Below, piece after piece: positions 36,525 through 46,258 of a stretch of DNA of 64,000 nt. The first letter of the stretch is position 1, and each line of letters opens with the position of its first letter. The translations under genes and the position numbers were made by a program. This DNA is from a virus (lineage: Duplodnaviria > Caudoviricetes). Where the stretch lies: positions 1 to 64,000 of the IMG/VR virus record IMGVR_UViG_3300029288_000134; one strand, written 5' to 3'. The notes under the pieces are model-generated. The model saw only the letters and a program-made list of their open reading frames with translations. It was not told the DNA's origin and did not search any database.

Positions 36525-38194
36525 TGGATTTAATGCCTAAGTTCTTATCTACATATCTAGAAGAGCGTGTAGACAAGTCAGTTGCGCTTGCTATCAAGCA
36601 AGAAGCAGATATTGTGCAGCTAGCAAATAAGGTCAAGTTCTCGCGGCCTGCTCCTAGTTTTATCGAGAAGACAGAGCTAGGTCTAGATATATCATCGCCA
36701 AGAGCTTCTCTAGGTAAATTAGGCGAGTACAAACCAGATGACATTTCTTCTGAGCAGATTGAGGCTATGCGCAAGAATGGCATGGTTAAATTCGCGATGG
36801 GTATCATTAAATCTCCTGTCATGGGCATTGCTCGCTCTAACCCTGGCGAGGAATGGAGCATGGAGTGTGATAGCGAGAGACTAAAGAAACTTGCGACGCG
36901 CAACTTCAAGTCTATCCGTATGAGTCTTGTGCCACATCAGCTTACCAGCTTGGATTACGGCTTTGCAGTAGGCGAAAAGGTGTGGAAGTACGAGAGTGGC
37001 TCTAAGTTTGGCTCAGATAACAAGAAGTATGTATCGCTAAAGCAGATTAAGCCTAATCACCCAAACACTATTGAGATACTCCGCTTAGAGGAAAATGATA
37101 AGGCCACTGGAAGGTTCAAGGGTGATTTTGATGGGTATCTTCAGAAGTTGCCAACCAGCAGAGATACAGTACACGTAAAATATAACGATGCGTTTATCCA
37201 GACACATGACAAGGGAAATGTATTTGGGAATCTATACGGAAGTAGTGTTTTGGTATCCGTGTTCCCATTTTGGTATTGGTACGAGGTTGTAACGCGGGCG
37301 CTTCTTCGTTATCTTGAGCGCAGGGGAACGCCTGTAGTTGTTGTATACGCTCCGTCCAGTGGAACATTATATAACTCGGAAGACACTGAAATTGCTACGA
37401 TGGATTATGCGCTTCAGATAGCAATGGATATTGCTCGAACAACTGCCGTCGCATTGCCATCTGACGTTGACCCCGAGACAAAACAACCTCTTTGGCGAGT
37501 TGAGTATCTTCTTGATGATCAACGAGCAGATCAATTCATGGAGGTGATAAAGTGGCTCGGAGAGAAGATCCTAGAGTCTATTGGTGTTCCCGTGCGTGTA
37601 GTGTCTGAACAATCTGGTGGAAGTGCTGCTTATACAGCATATCAGACCAACCTAGACGTGTTTTTGCAGACCGTAGAGGATATTCTTGATGAGGTTGTTC
37701 GACATATCAACTCTTACATTTTGCCAGATTTGGCACGTTACAATTTTGGACAGAATACACCAGAGGTCAATCTGCGTACCACTGGTATTGACCGCTCTAA
37801 ATTCAAGCGATTCATCGAGTTAATTGACAGAATGGTTGCAGCAGGAATTGATGTAGGCGTGGATGGCAGGGAAATGGCTAAGAGTTTGGGGATTCCGGTT
37901 TTGCCAGAGGGCGAATCTATGTTGCCGCCCGTACCTACGGCTCCCGCTGCTGCTTCGCCAAGCGCTCCAACTGTTGGTCATGCTCCTGGTACTGGCAAGG
38001 GCGTGAAACAAGGTCCGGTAAGTCAGCGTAAGGGACCGCCAAGGAAGAGTACTACTAAAATGTCTATGGAAATGGATACTGAGGAATTGATTAGATTCAT
38101 AGAAATGCGTGAAAAGGAAGGTAAGCCAATACCGTTTTCGATTGATGATATAGAAAGGGCGGAAAATGCAAGAGTTCAAGATAGTAATTCATGA
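36524..38194 (+). CDS. Portal protein (Mu gp29/DUF935-like)
   Basis: Follows TerL; SLDYGFAVGEKVW, NLYGSSVL, YLERRGTP; Pro/Ala/Ser/Thr-rich C-tail. Confidence 0.85.
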   Translation: MDLMPKFLSTYLEERVDKSVALAIKQEADIVQLANKVKFSRPAPSFIEKTELGLDISSPRASLGKLGEYKPDDISSEQIEAMRKNGMVKFAMGIIKSPVMGIARSNPGEEWSMECDSERLKKLATRNFKSIRMSLVPHQLTSLDYGFAVGEKVWKYESGSKFGSDNKKYVSLKQIKPNHPNTIEILRLEENDKATGRFKGDFDGYLQKLPTSRDTVHVKYNDAFIQTHDKGNVFGNLYGSSVLVSVFPFWYWYEVVTRALLRYLERRGTPVVVVYAPSSGTLYNSEDTEIATMDYALQIAMDIARTTAVALPSDVDPETKQPLWRVEYLLDDQRADQFMEVIKWLGEKILESIGVPVRVVSEQSGGSAAYTAYQTNLDVFLQTVEDILDEVVRHINSYILPDLARYNFGQNTPEVNLRTTGIDRSKFKRFIELIDRMVAAGIDVGVDGREMAKSLGIPVLPEGESMLPPVPTAPAAASPSAPTVGHAPGTGKGVKQGPVSQRKGPPRKSTTKMSMEMDTEELIRFIEMREKEGKPIPFSIDDIERAENARVQDSNS

Positions 38195-38381
38195 TGATGG
38201 CAAGATAGAATTTGCAGTCCCAGAAGACGTGCTTGGATTTATCTCTTATATAATTAGTGCCCTGGCTTTAAGTGATAGCTTCTTGAAACAAGAAGGTTTG
38301 CCAAGCGAGACAAATAACAACGTAATGGAGGTTTTGCAATGTGTGCGCAGCGCTATGCAGTCAAAAGCAAGTCAAACGTAG
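38166..38381 (+). CDS. Hypothetical protein
   Basis: ORF in the operon. Confidence 0.45.
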   Translation: MQEFKIVIHDDGKIEFAVPEDVLGFISYIISALALSDSFLKQEGLPSETNNNVMEVLQCVRSAMQSKASQT

Positions 38382-38574
38382 GTCCGAGAGCTAATACGAA
38401 TGTCGAGGAAGCTATTGCAGTAAATCTACGCAAGCTAGTTTCGCGTCAATATGGTGATATATCGTTGCGTTCTATTGAAGCTACCGAAATTGCCATATTG
38501 AAAGCAACGCGACAGATTATCAGCGACTTGAATACACTTGCTACACAGCAAGTTTCCGAAAAGGAGAATACGAA

Positions 38575-38825
38575 TGGCAAGAGGGGAACGATTCGCAAAA
38601 ACACTGACGAAGCAACTGAGTAAAGAGTGGGTTGTGGAATATCGCACAATGTCTACTCCTGAGATTTATACTGTTGAACACCACCATAAAGACGGAAAAA
38701 TATATCGTGCGATGCCACAGGCGGTACCTGAGATTGGTGGCAGGATACTTACTTCTTATGACTGTCCGTCATGTGGTTGTTACGTATTTGTTGACTGGAT
38801 TCAAAATCAACTGAAAGGAGGATAG
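38575..38825 (+). CDS. Small protein with CxxC
   Basis: SD AAGGAG before MARGERF; CPSCGC. Confidence 0.55.
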
Positions 38826-38942
38826 GGTAATGTGGTTTAATCCTACGCCAGAGCCGCCGCGCCCGACAGAGGGCACCGGCAAAGGCAATGGCGACAGTAG
38901 CAGTCAACCAAAGTAGTTCGACAGATCAAAAGGGAGGGTATT

Positions 38943-39182
38943 ATGGCTAAAGTTAATTCTGGTTCGTGGTTCAATTTGTTTAGTGCAAAAAGTGACCAAG
39001 GTCCATCTCAACAAGTTCTTGACCGCAGTCGTATGAAGGCCAAGAAAGTAGAACGTAACCGAGCGCAACGCAAGGCAACCACATTGCATCACAATTATCT
39101 TCATGCTCACGGAAGAGCATCTAATTCATATCACAAGGGAAGTAGTGGAACCGTACATGCTGGACAATCTCGGTGGAAATAG
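38943..39182 (+). CDS. Small basic His/Arg/Lys-rich protein
   Basis: SD GGGAGGG. Confidence 0.5.
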   Translation: MAKVNSGSWFNLFSAKSDQGPSQQVLDRSRMKAKKVERNRAQRKATTLHHNYLHAHGRASNSYHKGSSGTVHAGQSRWK

Positions 39183-39497
39183 TTGATGTCTGAGTCCGAA
39201 TTCGGCTATATGGAATGGCGCTGCATATTCTGTGGCTCAATAAATCAAGTGCAACCTCTAGAATGTTGCACTCCATGTAGCGGATGCGGATGTGACTGGC
39301 AAGATGGTGGAGTATGGACACATGGTGCAGTATACTCTAGACCAAATACGATGGCGGCCTATACTCCGCGTCTTGCCGGTCCAGTATCTACTACAAGAGC
39401 AGAACAAGAACAAGATCCATACTTTGAAATGGAGGGATTTGAAATGGCTAAATGCGGCAGTAAGAGTAAGGGAAAAAAGAAGGGCAAGAAAAAGTGA
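39183..39497 (+). CDS. Zn-ribbon protein with Lys-rich tail (possible internal start 39444)
   Basis: CIFC...CSGCGC; MAKCGSKSKGKKKGKKK preceded by GGAGGG. Confidence 0.5.
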   Translation: MMSESEFGYMEWRCIFCGSINQVQPLECCTPCSGCGCDWQDGGVWTHGAVYSRPNTMAAYTPRLAGPVSTTRAEQEQDPYFEMEGFEMAKCGSKSKGKKKGKKK

Positions 39498-40180
39498 ATA
39501 TTGTATTAGGGTCAATCTTTCGCAACAGTACATCTTATCTTAATACTTGCTTCGAGCAATTGGCAATGTTAAACGATGAACTTGTTTCTCGTGGTCATTC
39601 ATTTCGGATGGTTTTTGCCGAAGGTGATAGTGTAGATACTACGCGATACGAGCTAGATAAGTTTGCTAAGGGACGCAGCATTACCATTATTGACAGATCT
39701 CACGGTGGTCCATATTGGTGCAGTGCTGATATTCCCGAGAGGTGGGAATCTCTAGCATGGGTGTGCAATGGAGTATTAGAGCAGATTCGAATAGACGACA
39801 ATGCTTTTATCTATGTCGAATCTGATCTTGTCTGGGATACTAATACAATGCTCGCATTGCTGGATGATTTACAAGAGAAACCAGCAGTAAGTCCATTAGT
39901 ATTACATGCAGATGGCTGGTTCTGGGATGGAAATGGTTTTCGCATTGATGGACAGGGTTTCGGTGTTTACCCACCATATCATCCCAAATATGTAGAGAAT
40001 GGGTTTACTCAGATGGGAAGCGTTGGGTCGTGTTGTGTAATGTGGTCAGATATTGGACGATTGTGTAGATTTGCAGGACCGATAAATCACTGGGTTGCCT
40101 TCTGTGATGCAATATATCAAAAAGGGTTCTCGGTGTGGTTGGATTCAACTCAAAAGATTATTCATCCTATAAGGAAGTAA
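39494..40180 (+). CDS. GT-A fold glycosyltransferase
   Basis: FAEGDSVD, YVESD (DxD-like), SVGSC. Confidence 0.75.
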   Translation: MNIVLGSIFRNSTSYLNTCFEQLAMLNDELVSRGHSFRMVFAEGDSVDTTRYELDKFAKGRSITIIDRSHGGPYWCSADIPERWESLAWVCNGVLEQIRIDDNAFIYVESDLVWDTNTMLALLDDLQEKPAVSPLVLHADGWFWDGNGFRIDGQGFGVYPPYHPKYVENGFTQMGSVGSCCVMWSDIGRLCRFAGPINHWVAFCDAIYQKGFSVWLDSTQKIIHPIRK

Positions 40181-40181
40181 T

Positions 40182-40880
40182 ATGAGACACGTAATCACAA
40201 TGACTCACTTTAGGCGACCAGAATACAGCAAGCAAGTTCTAGATGCTTTGCGTAATTGTGTCGGGATTGAGAAATATACGATTGTGGCGCATGTTGAACC
40301 GGGCGGGCCAGCAGAAGTATGGGATACAGTAAAAAGCATTGATTTTGCAGAATGTGTCCCTGTTCTAAATACCAGTGTGCTCGGAATAAATATGAATACC
40401 TTCGAGGCATTGCGGCATGGATTCAGTCTTTCGGATGTTGATTTTGTTATTCATATTGAAGACGATACTCTCCCATCAAAAGACGCACTTGCTTATTTCG
40501 AATGGGGAGCAGAAACATATAAAGCTGATCCCGAGATATTAAATATTTCAGGATTTGTGAGAACTACACAACATCAAGAAAATCCATACCTAGTACATCG
40601 AATACCTTATTTTTCGAGTTGGGGATGGGGTACATGGCGTGATCGTTGGGAAGAGCCGGGTGGAATGCTCGAAACCTGGAATGACTATGCGCGGGATGTT
40701 CATATTCATCAGGCTATACGCCGTGACAGAAAAGAAATCTCGGCATATCAGTCAAGAATCCAAAATATTGGAAGACTGGGAGGTGCAAATATGGGCGCTG
40801 ATATTTGGGAGCAATGGGCAAATGTTCCTGCTTTTATTGCAGATCTTGAACCAGGACTATACGAAGAGATTTTAACATGA
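40182..40880 (+). CDS. GT-A fold glycosyltransferase
   Basis: FRRPEY, HIEDD, SWGWGTWRDRW, SRIQNIG. Confidence 0.8.
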   Translation: MRHVITMTHFRRPEYSKQVLDALRNCVGIEKYTIVAHVEPGGPAEVWDTVKSIDFAECVPVLNTSVLGINMNTFEALRHGFSLSDVDFVIHIEDDTLPSKDALAYFEWGAETYKADPEILNISGFVRTTQHQENPYLVHRIPYFSSWGWGTWRDRWEEPGGMLETWNDYARDVHIHQAIRRDRKEISAYQSRIQNIGRLGGANMGADIWEQWANVPAFIADLEPGLYEEILT

Positions 40881-41539
40881 TTAATGTATTAGTTGCAATT
40901 CCAATAAATCCAAATATGAGTAGCTACCTTGCTGGAATGGCCAAGGGAAATGTTACAAAATTTACTGATTTTAATCCAGGCATGAAGTTTGAATATGCTT
41001 TTAACGAACGATTCTATACTGGTGACAACCTTCATGGTTCAAGTCGCCATGCGCAAGCAAGAAATGGCATCCTTGATATAGTTCTTTGTCCCGAGCATGA
41101 TTATATTCTATGGATAGACGCGGATATTATTCTATATCCTGCCGACCTACCAAGTCTTTTATATGGCACAGACAACAATGCAGTTGTTGCTCCGCTTGTT
41201 TTACGTGAAGGCACAGATGCTTTTTATGACTTCAATGGGTTTATAGAAGCTGGAAATAAACGCATGGCCCGAGTATGCCCACCTTATTTTGAGCAGAAAG
41301 GACCGATAGTCGAGTTAGACTCTGTTGGATGTGTTTATATGATGCCAGCACTTCCATTTCATAATGGCGTTCGTTACAAGACAGTAGATGGGCATACTGA
41401 GCATTGGTCGGTAATGGAAGAATATCGCAAACAAGGCCATCGCGTAATTTGTAATAAAGACATTGTAGTTATTCATGCTGATCTTCAAAAATATGGCGAA
41501 GATTGGCACGATAACAAATCACTGGGAGGGAGTAGATGA
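40877..41539 (+). CDS. GT-A fold glycosyltransferase (Anp1-like)
   Basis: ARNGIL, WIDAD, ELDSVGC, TEH. Confidence 0.8.
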   Translation: MINVLVAIPINPNMSSYLAGMAKGNVTKFTDFNPGMKFEYAFNERFYTGDNLHGSSRHAQARNGILDIVLCPEHDYILWIDADIILYPADLPSLLYGTDNNAVVAPLVLREGTDAFYDFNGFIEAGNKRMARVCPPYFEQKGPIVELDSVGCVYMMPALPFHNGVRYKTVDGHTEHWSVMEEYRKQGHRVICNKDIVVIHADLQKYGEDWHDNKSLGGSR

Positions 41540-42045
41540 AAATAGAAATTGGCTCAGGGGAAAATCCTGATCTTGGCTATGATATTCACACAGATATGCT
41601 AGCGCTGCCTCACGTTGAGTGTATTTGCCCTATGGACAAGATACCATATCCAGATGCTACATTTGATGGACTTAGAGCAAATGATGTACTGGAGCACCAA
41701 TCCTGGGAGTTGATTAAGCCGACTCTACTAGAATGGAATCGCATACTCAAACCAGGGGCAGATGTTTTCATTCAGGTTCCTAATGGCAGACATATTATCC
41801 TGATGTATGCAGGTGGAATGTTTACAATCGAACTTGCTAATTACTATCTCATGGGAGGTCACACTGAGCGACCTGCATATCGTGGCGTTGACAAGAATAA
41901 TGTTCCTCTCTGGATATGGAATGCACATCATACATTTTTTGATGATGCTTGGCTTAAAAAGAACCTAGAGGAAACAGGGTTTACTAATATTCAGATTACC
42001 GCTAATGAAATCGGCAATCTTGAGTGTAGGTGTAATAAGTCATGA
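41536..42045 (+). CDS. Class I SAM-dependent methyltransferase
   Basis: KIEIGSG, DVLEH, EWNRILKPG. Confidence 0.8.
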   Translation: MKIEIGSGENPDLGYDIHTDMLALPHVECICPMDKIPYPDATFDGLRANDVLEHQSWELIKPTLLEWNRILKPGADVFIQVPNGRHIILMYAGGMFTIELANYYLMGGHTERPAYRGVDKNNVPLWIWNAHHTFFDDAWLKKNLEETGFTNIQITANEIGNLECRCNKS

Positions 42046-42815
42046 TAGATCAGGCATATCCCAATGGAAGCCTTACTGTTGAACCTGCAATTTGGGAATC
42101 AGACGTTCTTGAAGTTAGGGCTGTAAAGATCAAGGATTTTATAGCACCTTCATACAAGGACGCGCTAGAATTACTGAAACCCATTATTTCGAGGGGTTCG
42201 TTTGATTTTATAAGTATTGATTGTTCTAATTTGTCATCGTACTATCTTGTAGCGCTTGAAGATGCCGGATTCCACATTGGATCTCATTACACAGATTATC
42301 TTATCGAGATAAATGACAATGCTCTAAAGTTGATGGAGTCATATAGAGGTAGGTATAATATACGCCAAATGCGGCCATCTGATTCCAGCAGCGTTTCCAA
42401 GATAGCATCTGATGCATTCGATACTGGCAGATTTATGGCTGATCCACATTTCCCAGATGGATGGGGAGAGAAATTGTATGGTGCATGGGGCGAAAACTCC
42501 TGCAAGGGCTATGCCAGCGCCGGGGTTGTATGCTTGTCGCAGGACAAGATAATTGGTTTTATGACAGCAAGGGAACATGATTCTGCTCGGGCAGATATGG
42601 ACCTAATCGCGGTATCCAAAGAGTTTGTTGGAATGGGAGTCGGGGCATCTTTATTGGCAGAGATGATATACAGGCTAGATGAAAGGTTTATTGATAGTGC
42701 AATTGCCAGGACAGAGAGATGTAATCAAGAAATCAACGGCATGTATGAGTTTTTCAGATTCCCAATTATCAATACTGGAATAGTTATGCATTGGGTTAAG
42801 AAAGGATTAAGCTAG
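42042..42815 (+). CDS. GNAT acyltransferase (WecD/RffC-like)
   Basis: GRFMADPHF, LIAV...GMGVG, TERCN...YE. Confidence 0.8.
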   Translation: MIDQAYPNGSLTVEPAIWESDVLEVRAVKIKDFIAPSYKDALELLKPIISRGSFDFISIDCSNLSSYYLVALEDAGFHIGSHYTDYLIEINDNALKLMESYRGRYNIRQMRPSDSSSVSKIASDAFDTGRFMADPHFPDGWGEKLYGAWGENSCKGYASAGVVCLSQDKIIGFMTAREHDSARADMDLIAVSKEFVGMGVGASLLAEMIYRLDERFIDSAIARTERCNQEINGMYEFFRFPIINTGIVMHWVKKGLS

Positions 42816-42816
42816 A

Positions 42817-43089
42817 ATGAACAAACAAGAAGCACTAGGTATTATTTACAAAGTAATTGACAGTAGCGAGTGGCCGCTAGAAAAGAAAGAGGACTCTGTT
42901 ATATTCGGAAAGAACGCAACACTAGATTCACTTGGCGTTGTATCGTTCATTATTGACGTAGAGATAGAGTTAAGAGCAGCAGGGTCGCCGCTGATATTGG
43001 CAAACGATAAGGCTATGTCGCGTTACACGAGTCCATTCAGAAATGTTGGCGTACTTGCTGATTATATCGTGGAGTTGACCAATGATTGA
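42817..43089 (+). CDS. Acyl carrier protein
   Basis: LDSLG phosphopantetheine Ser motif; 90 aa. Confidence 0.85.
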   Translation: MNKQEALGIIYKVIDSSEWPLEKKEDSVIFGKNATLDSLGVVSFIIDVEIELRAAGSPLILANDKAMSRYTSPFRNVGVLADYIVELTND

Positions 43090-43783
43090 TACCCCTGTTA
43101 TGCTTATTACGGGTGCAACTAGCGGAATAGGAAAGTTTCTTGCTGAAGGTTATTCTTTCACAGAGAGATACAAGGTAATTGGTTGTGGCAGAAGAGATCC
43201 TATTGATCTTGGAAGTGTTCGCTACTATCAGCTAGATGTTTCTGATGAGCAAGCTGTGGTGGATATGCTTAGTGACGCATATTCGTTGTACGGCAGACTA
43301 GATATTGTAATTAACAACGCTGGCGTTGCTTCCATGAACCACTTTCTAACTACGCCGATCAGTAGTTTCGACAAGGTGTTTGAGACTAACGTCAAGGGAA
43401 CGTTTCTGGTGAGCCGAGAGGCTGCGAAGCTGATGAAATCACATGGCGGCAGGATAGTCAACTTCACATCAATAGCAGTCCCTTTTTCCCTAACAGGAGA
43501 GTCTGTTTATACAGCATCCAAGACAGCGATTGAGTCTCTCACAAAAGTAATGGCCCGAGAGCTTGCACCGTTAGGAATTACCGTAAATGCCGTTGGTCCA
43601 TGCCCTATAGCAACCGACTTACTAAAGAATGTACCGGAAGACAAGATTGATACCATTCTGAGCAGCCTTGCAATTCATGAGTATGGCATGGAAGCAGATG
43701 TACTTAACGTTATAGATTTCTTTATCAATCCAAAAAGCAATATGATTACTGGTCAAGTCATCTATTTAGGTGGTGCATTTTGA
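43082..43783 (+). CDS. SDR oxidoreductase (FabG-like)
   Basis: TGATSGIG, NNAG, YTASK, ITGQVI. Confidence 0.9.
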   Translation: MIDTPVMLITGATSGIGKFLAEGYSFTERYKVIGCGRRDPIDLGSVRYYQLDVSDEQAVVDMLSDAYSLYGRLDIVINNAGVASMNHFLTTPISSFDKVFETNVKGTFLVSREAAKLMKSHGGRIVNFTSIAVPFSLTGESVYTASKTAIESLTKVMARELAPLGITVNAVGPCPIATDLLKNVPEDKIDTILSSLAIHEYGMEADVLNVIDFFINPKSNMITGQVIYLGGAF

Positions 43784-45039
43784 GTATAGAATGGTTTCTT
43801 GATCGTATGCGCACTTTTGGCAACCGTGATGCGATTATTCTACAGGACCGAGATTGTGTTGCTACTTATAATGACCTGCTCGACGAAATAGATAGACAAA
43901 AACCTGCCCCGTTATCAAGTTTTGCTATGGATGACCCCGTATCTGACATTGCACTCATGCTGTCTGCAATAAACAAGGGCTATGTAGTTGTTCCGTTGCC
44001 TAAGTTTGACACGAGGCGCGATAGAAAAATAGAACTTGTTGCAGGCTCTCTTGATTTTATTGATGAGGTAGTGCTGCCAGGAAAACCTGCGCTTGTAGTG
44101 TTCACAAGTGGGTCAACGGGCGATGAAAAGGCGATTCTGTTTGCAGCAGAACAAATGATGGAACGTTATAGACAACTGTATCCACCGAGGACTAGGTTGT
44201 CATTTTTGCAATTGGATCATCTCGGCGGGATTCATACTGTATTATACACCTTGTCTAACGGCGGAACCATTGTTGTTCCAAGGGATAGAAATCCACAAAC
44301 TATTTGCGAGGCAATAGAGAAGTATAAAATAGAGGCGCTTCCTGTAACACCGACATTTCTAAATATACTTCTTGCGTCTGAGGCATATAAGGAATACGAT
44401 CTTTCTTCTTTAAGAGTTGTTACATATGGAACTGAGGTTATGCCCGAGTCTGTACTGAAAAGAATAAGCAGGGAATTGCCATACGTTAAGTTTAAGCAAA
44501 CTTATGGATTATCAGAGCTAGGTGTAATGCACGTAAAGTCCAGGGACTCAGTTTCTACTTGGATCAAGATTACAGATGATAAATACGAAGCAAAAATACA
44601 GGATGGGACATTATGGGTGCGTACAGAATTTGCTATGAAGGCGTATCTTAATGCACCTAATCCATTTGATCACGAGGGTTGGTTTAATACACACGATAAA
44701 GTTGAGTTTGATGGCGAGTGGATGAGGATACTTGGCAGAGACACGGACATCATTAACGTTGGTGGATTAAAAGTGTACCCAGTCGAGGTCGAGAACGTGT
44801 TATTAGATATGCCTGGAGTTATTGATGCATTGGTTGATGGTATATCAAATCCATTCACTGGAAACGCCGTTGCCGTAACATTGCAAATAGAAGAGCGATT
44901 TGACGCAACTATTATCAAGAAAAGAGTCAGGGATTTTTGCAAAGGGAAACTAGAGTCATACAAAATCCCGGTATTAGTAGATGTTACAACTGTGCCACTT
45001 ACTGGACCTAGATGTAAAAAGATAAGGACTGTTGTGTAG
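43780..45039 (+). CDS. ANL-family acyl-adenylate ligase
   Basis: FTSGSTG, YGLSE, GWFNTHD, GRDTDIINVGGLKVYPVEVE. Confidence 0.9.
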   Translation: MSIEWFLDRMRTFGNRDAIILQDRDCVATYNDLLDEIDRQKPAPLSSFAMDDPVSDIALMLSAINKGYVVVPLPKFDTRRDRKIELVAGSLDFIDEVVLPGKPALVVFTSGSTGDEKAILFAAEQMMERYRQLYPPRTRLSFLQLDHLGGIHTVLYTLSNGGTIVVPRDRNPQTICEAIEKYKIEALPVTPTFLNILLASEAYKEYDLSSLRVVTYGTEVMPESVLKRISRELPYVKFKQTYGLSELGVMHVKSRDSVSTWIKITDDKYEAKIQDGTLWVRTEFAMKAYLNAPNPFDHEGWFNTHDKVEFDGEWMRILGRDTDIINVGGLKVYPVEVENVLLDMPGVIDALVDGISNPFTGNAVAVTLQIEERFDATIIKKRVRDFCKGKLESYKIPVLVDVTTVPLTGPRCKKIRTVV

Positions 45040-45746
45040 TGCAAACACTAGGAGCAGTAATAGTAAGCGAACATGCAGATTTACTAGAATCTGTATTGCT
45101 ATGGATGAGAGATACCGAGTTATTTGATCAGATAGTAGCAGTTGCAGATGTTAAGGGAGGGCCTGATACTGAACGTGTTGCGCATGAACTTGCTGATATA
45201 TCTACCGTGATGAACGTTCCTCATCAGGGCGCGGTATTGGATGCTGCTTTTCTACTCTGTAACACAGACTGGGTTTTTCGCATGGATGATGACGAAAGAA
45301 TGGGAACGCTTTTTGTGGAAGGTGTGCGCAATCTTATAGAGCGAGATATGCATGACGTATATCATTTTCCGCGCTATTGGCTTTGGCCAGACACAACACA
45401 TTATATTAGTAATGGATGTTGGGTATATAACGAGGATAGACAAACTAGACTTTGGAAGAGAGGTTGTGTAGGATCGCAAGGTTCAATTGACCCAGGGGCC
45501 GTTCACGTTGACCTGGTTCCGAAGCCAAATTCAAGAACTGCTGTAAATGCACTAGACTGGCATATCTTTCATTATGTCCTGCTTACTCCTTATGAAGAAA
45601 GATTGAAAAAGGTGGCTCGATATGCACAAATAGAAAATGTCCCGCTAGGGGATTATAGAAAAAGAATAGGCCAGTTCTACTTACCTGAAGATTCTAATAA
45701 CGTTGAGGTTGGCCATTGTACCGAATGGCCTTGGGGTATATTATGA
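45039..45746 (+). CDS. GT2 glycosyltransferase
   Basis: GTG start overlapping TAG; DWVFRMDDDE; IFHY. Confidence 0.8.
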   Translation: MQTLGAVIVSEHADLLESVLLWMRDTELFDQIVAVADVKGGPDTERVAHELADISTVMNVPHQGAVLDAAFLLCNTDWVFRMDDDERMGTLFVEGVRNLIERDMHDVYHFPRYWLWPDTTHYISNGCWVYNEDRQTRLWKRGCVGSQGSIDPGAVHVDLVPKPNSRTAVNALDWHIFHYVLLTPYEERLKKVARYAQIENVPLGDYRKRIGQFYLPEDSNNVEVGHCTEWPWGIL

Positions 45747-46258
45747 TAGATACAAGCAATGCACTAAAAATAGATGGGTGGATGTTTGACGATGAACTAG
45801 AGTGGTTAGCGCAACAAGCACAAAAGCATCAGAATATTCTAGAAATAGGTTCGTGGAAGGGTCGTTCTACTCGCGCATTAGGAGACAATACCCCTGGAAG
45901 AGTTTGGGCGGTTGATTATTGGCTAGAACATGATTGCGAAATGAGACAGTTCCTTGAGAATTTGTCGGATCTGATTATTGCCGAAAGGGTAATAGTGATG
46001 CGCACAACCAGTAATAACGTAACTACTATGTTGCACAATACGCACCGCTCCTTCTTTGATATGATATTTTTAGATGGCGACCACTGTTACGAATCTGTAA
46101 AATCCGACATCTCAAATTGTATTCCGTTATTATCCCCTGGAGGCATATTGTGTGGACATGATTATTCTGTTGCATGGGAGGGGGTGATGCGGGCAGTTGA
46201 AGAGATTCTGCCGAACTTCTATTTACACAATACTATCTGGTACAAGGAGATCAAATGA
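45743..46258 (+). CDS. Class I SAM methyltransferase (Methyltransf_24-like)
   Basis: ILEIGSWKGRST, DMIFLDGDH, GGILCGHDY. Confidence 0.85.
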   Translation: MIDTSNALKIDGWMFDDELEWLAQQAQKHQNILEIGSWKGRSTRALGDNTPGRVWAVDYWLEHDCEMRQFLENLSDLIIAERVIVMRTTSNNVTTMLHNTHRSFFDMIFLDGDHCYESVKSDISNCIPLLSPGGILCGHDYSVAWEGVMRAVEEILPNFYLHNTIWYKEIK

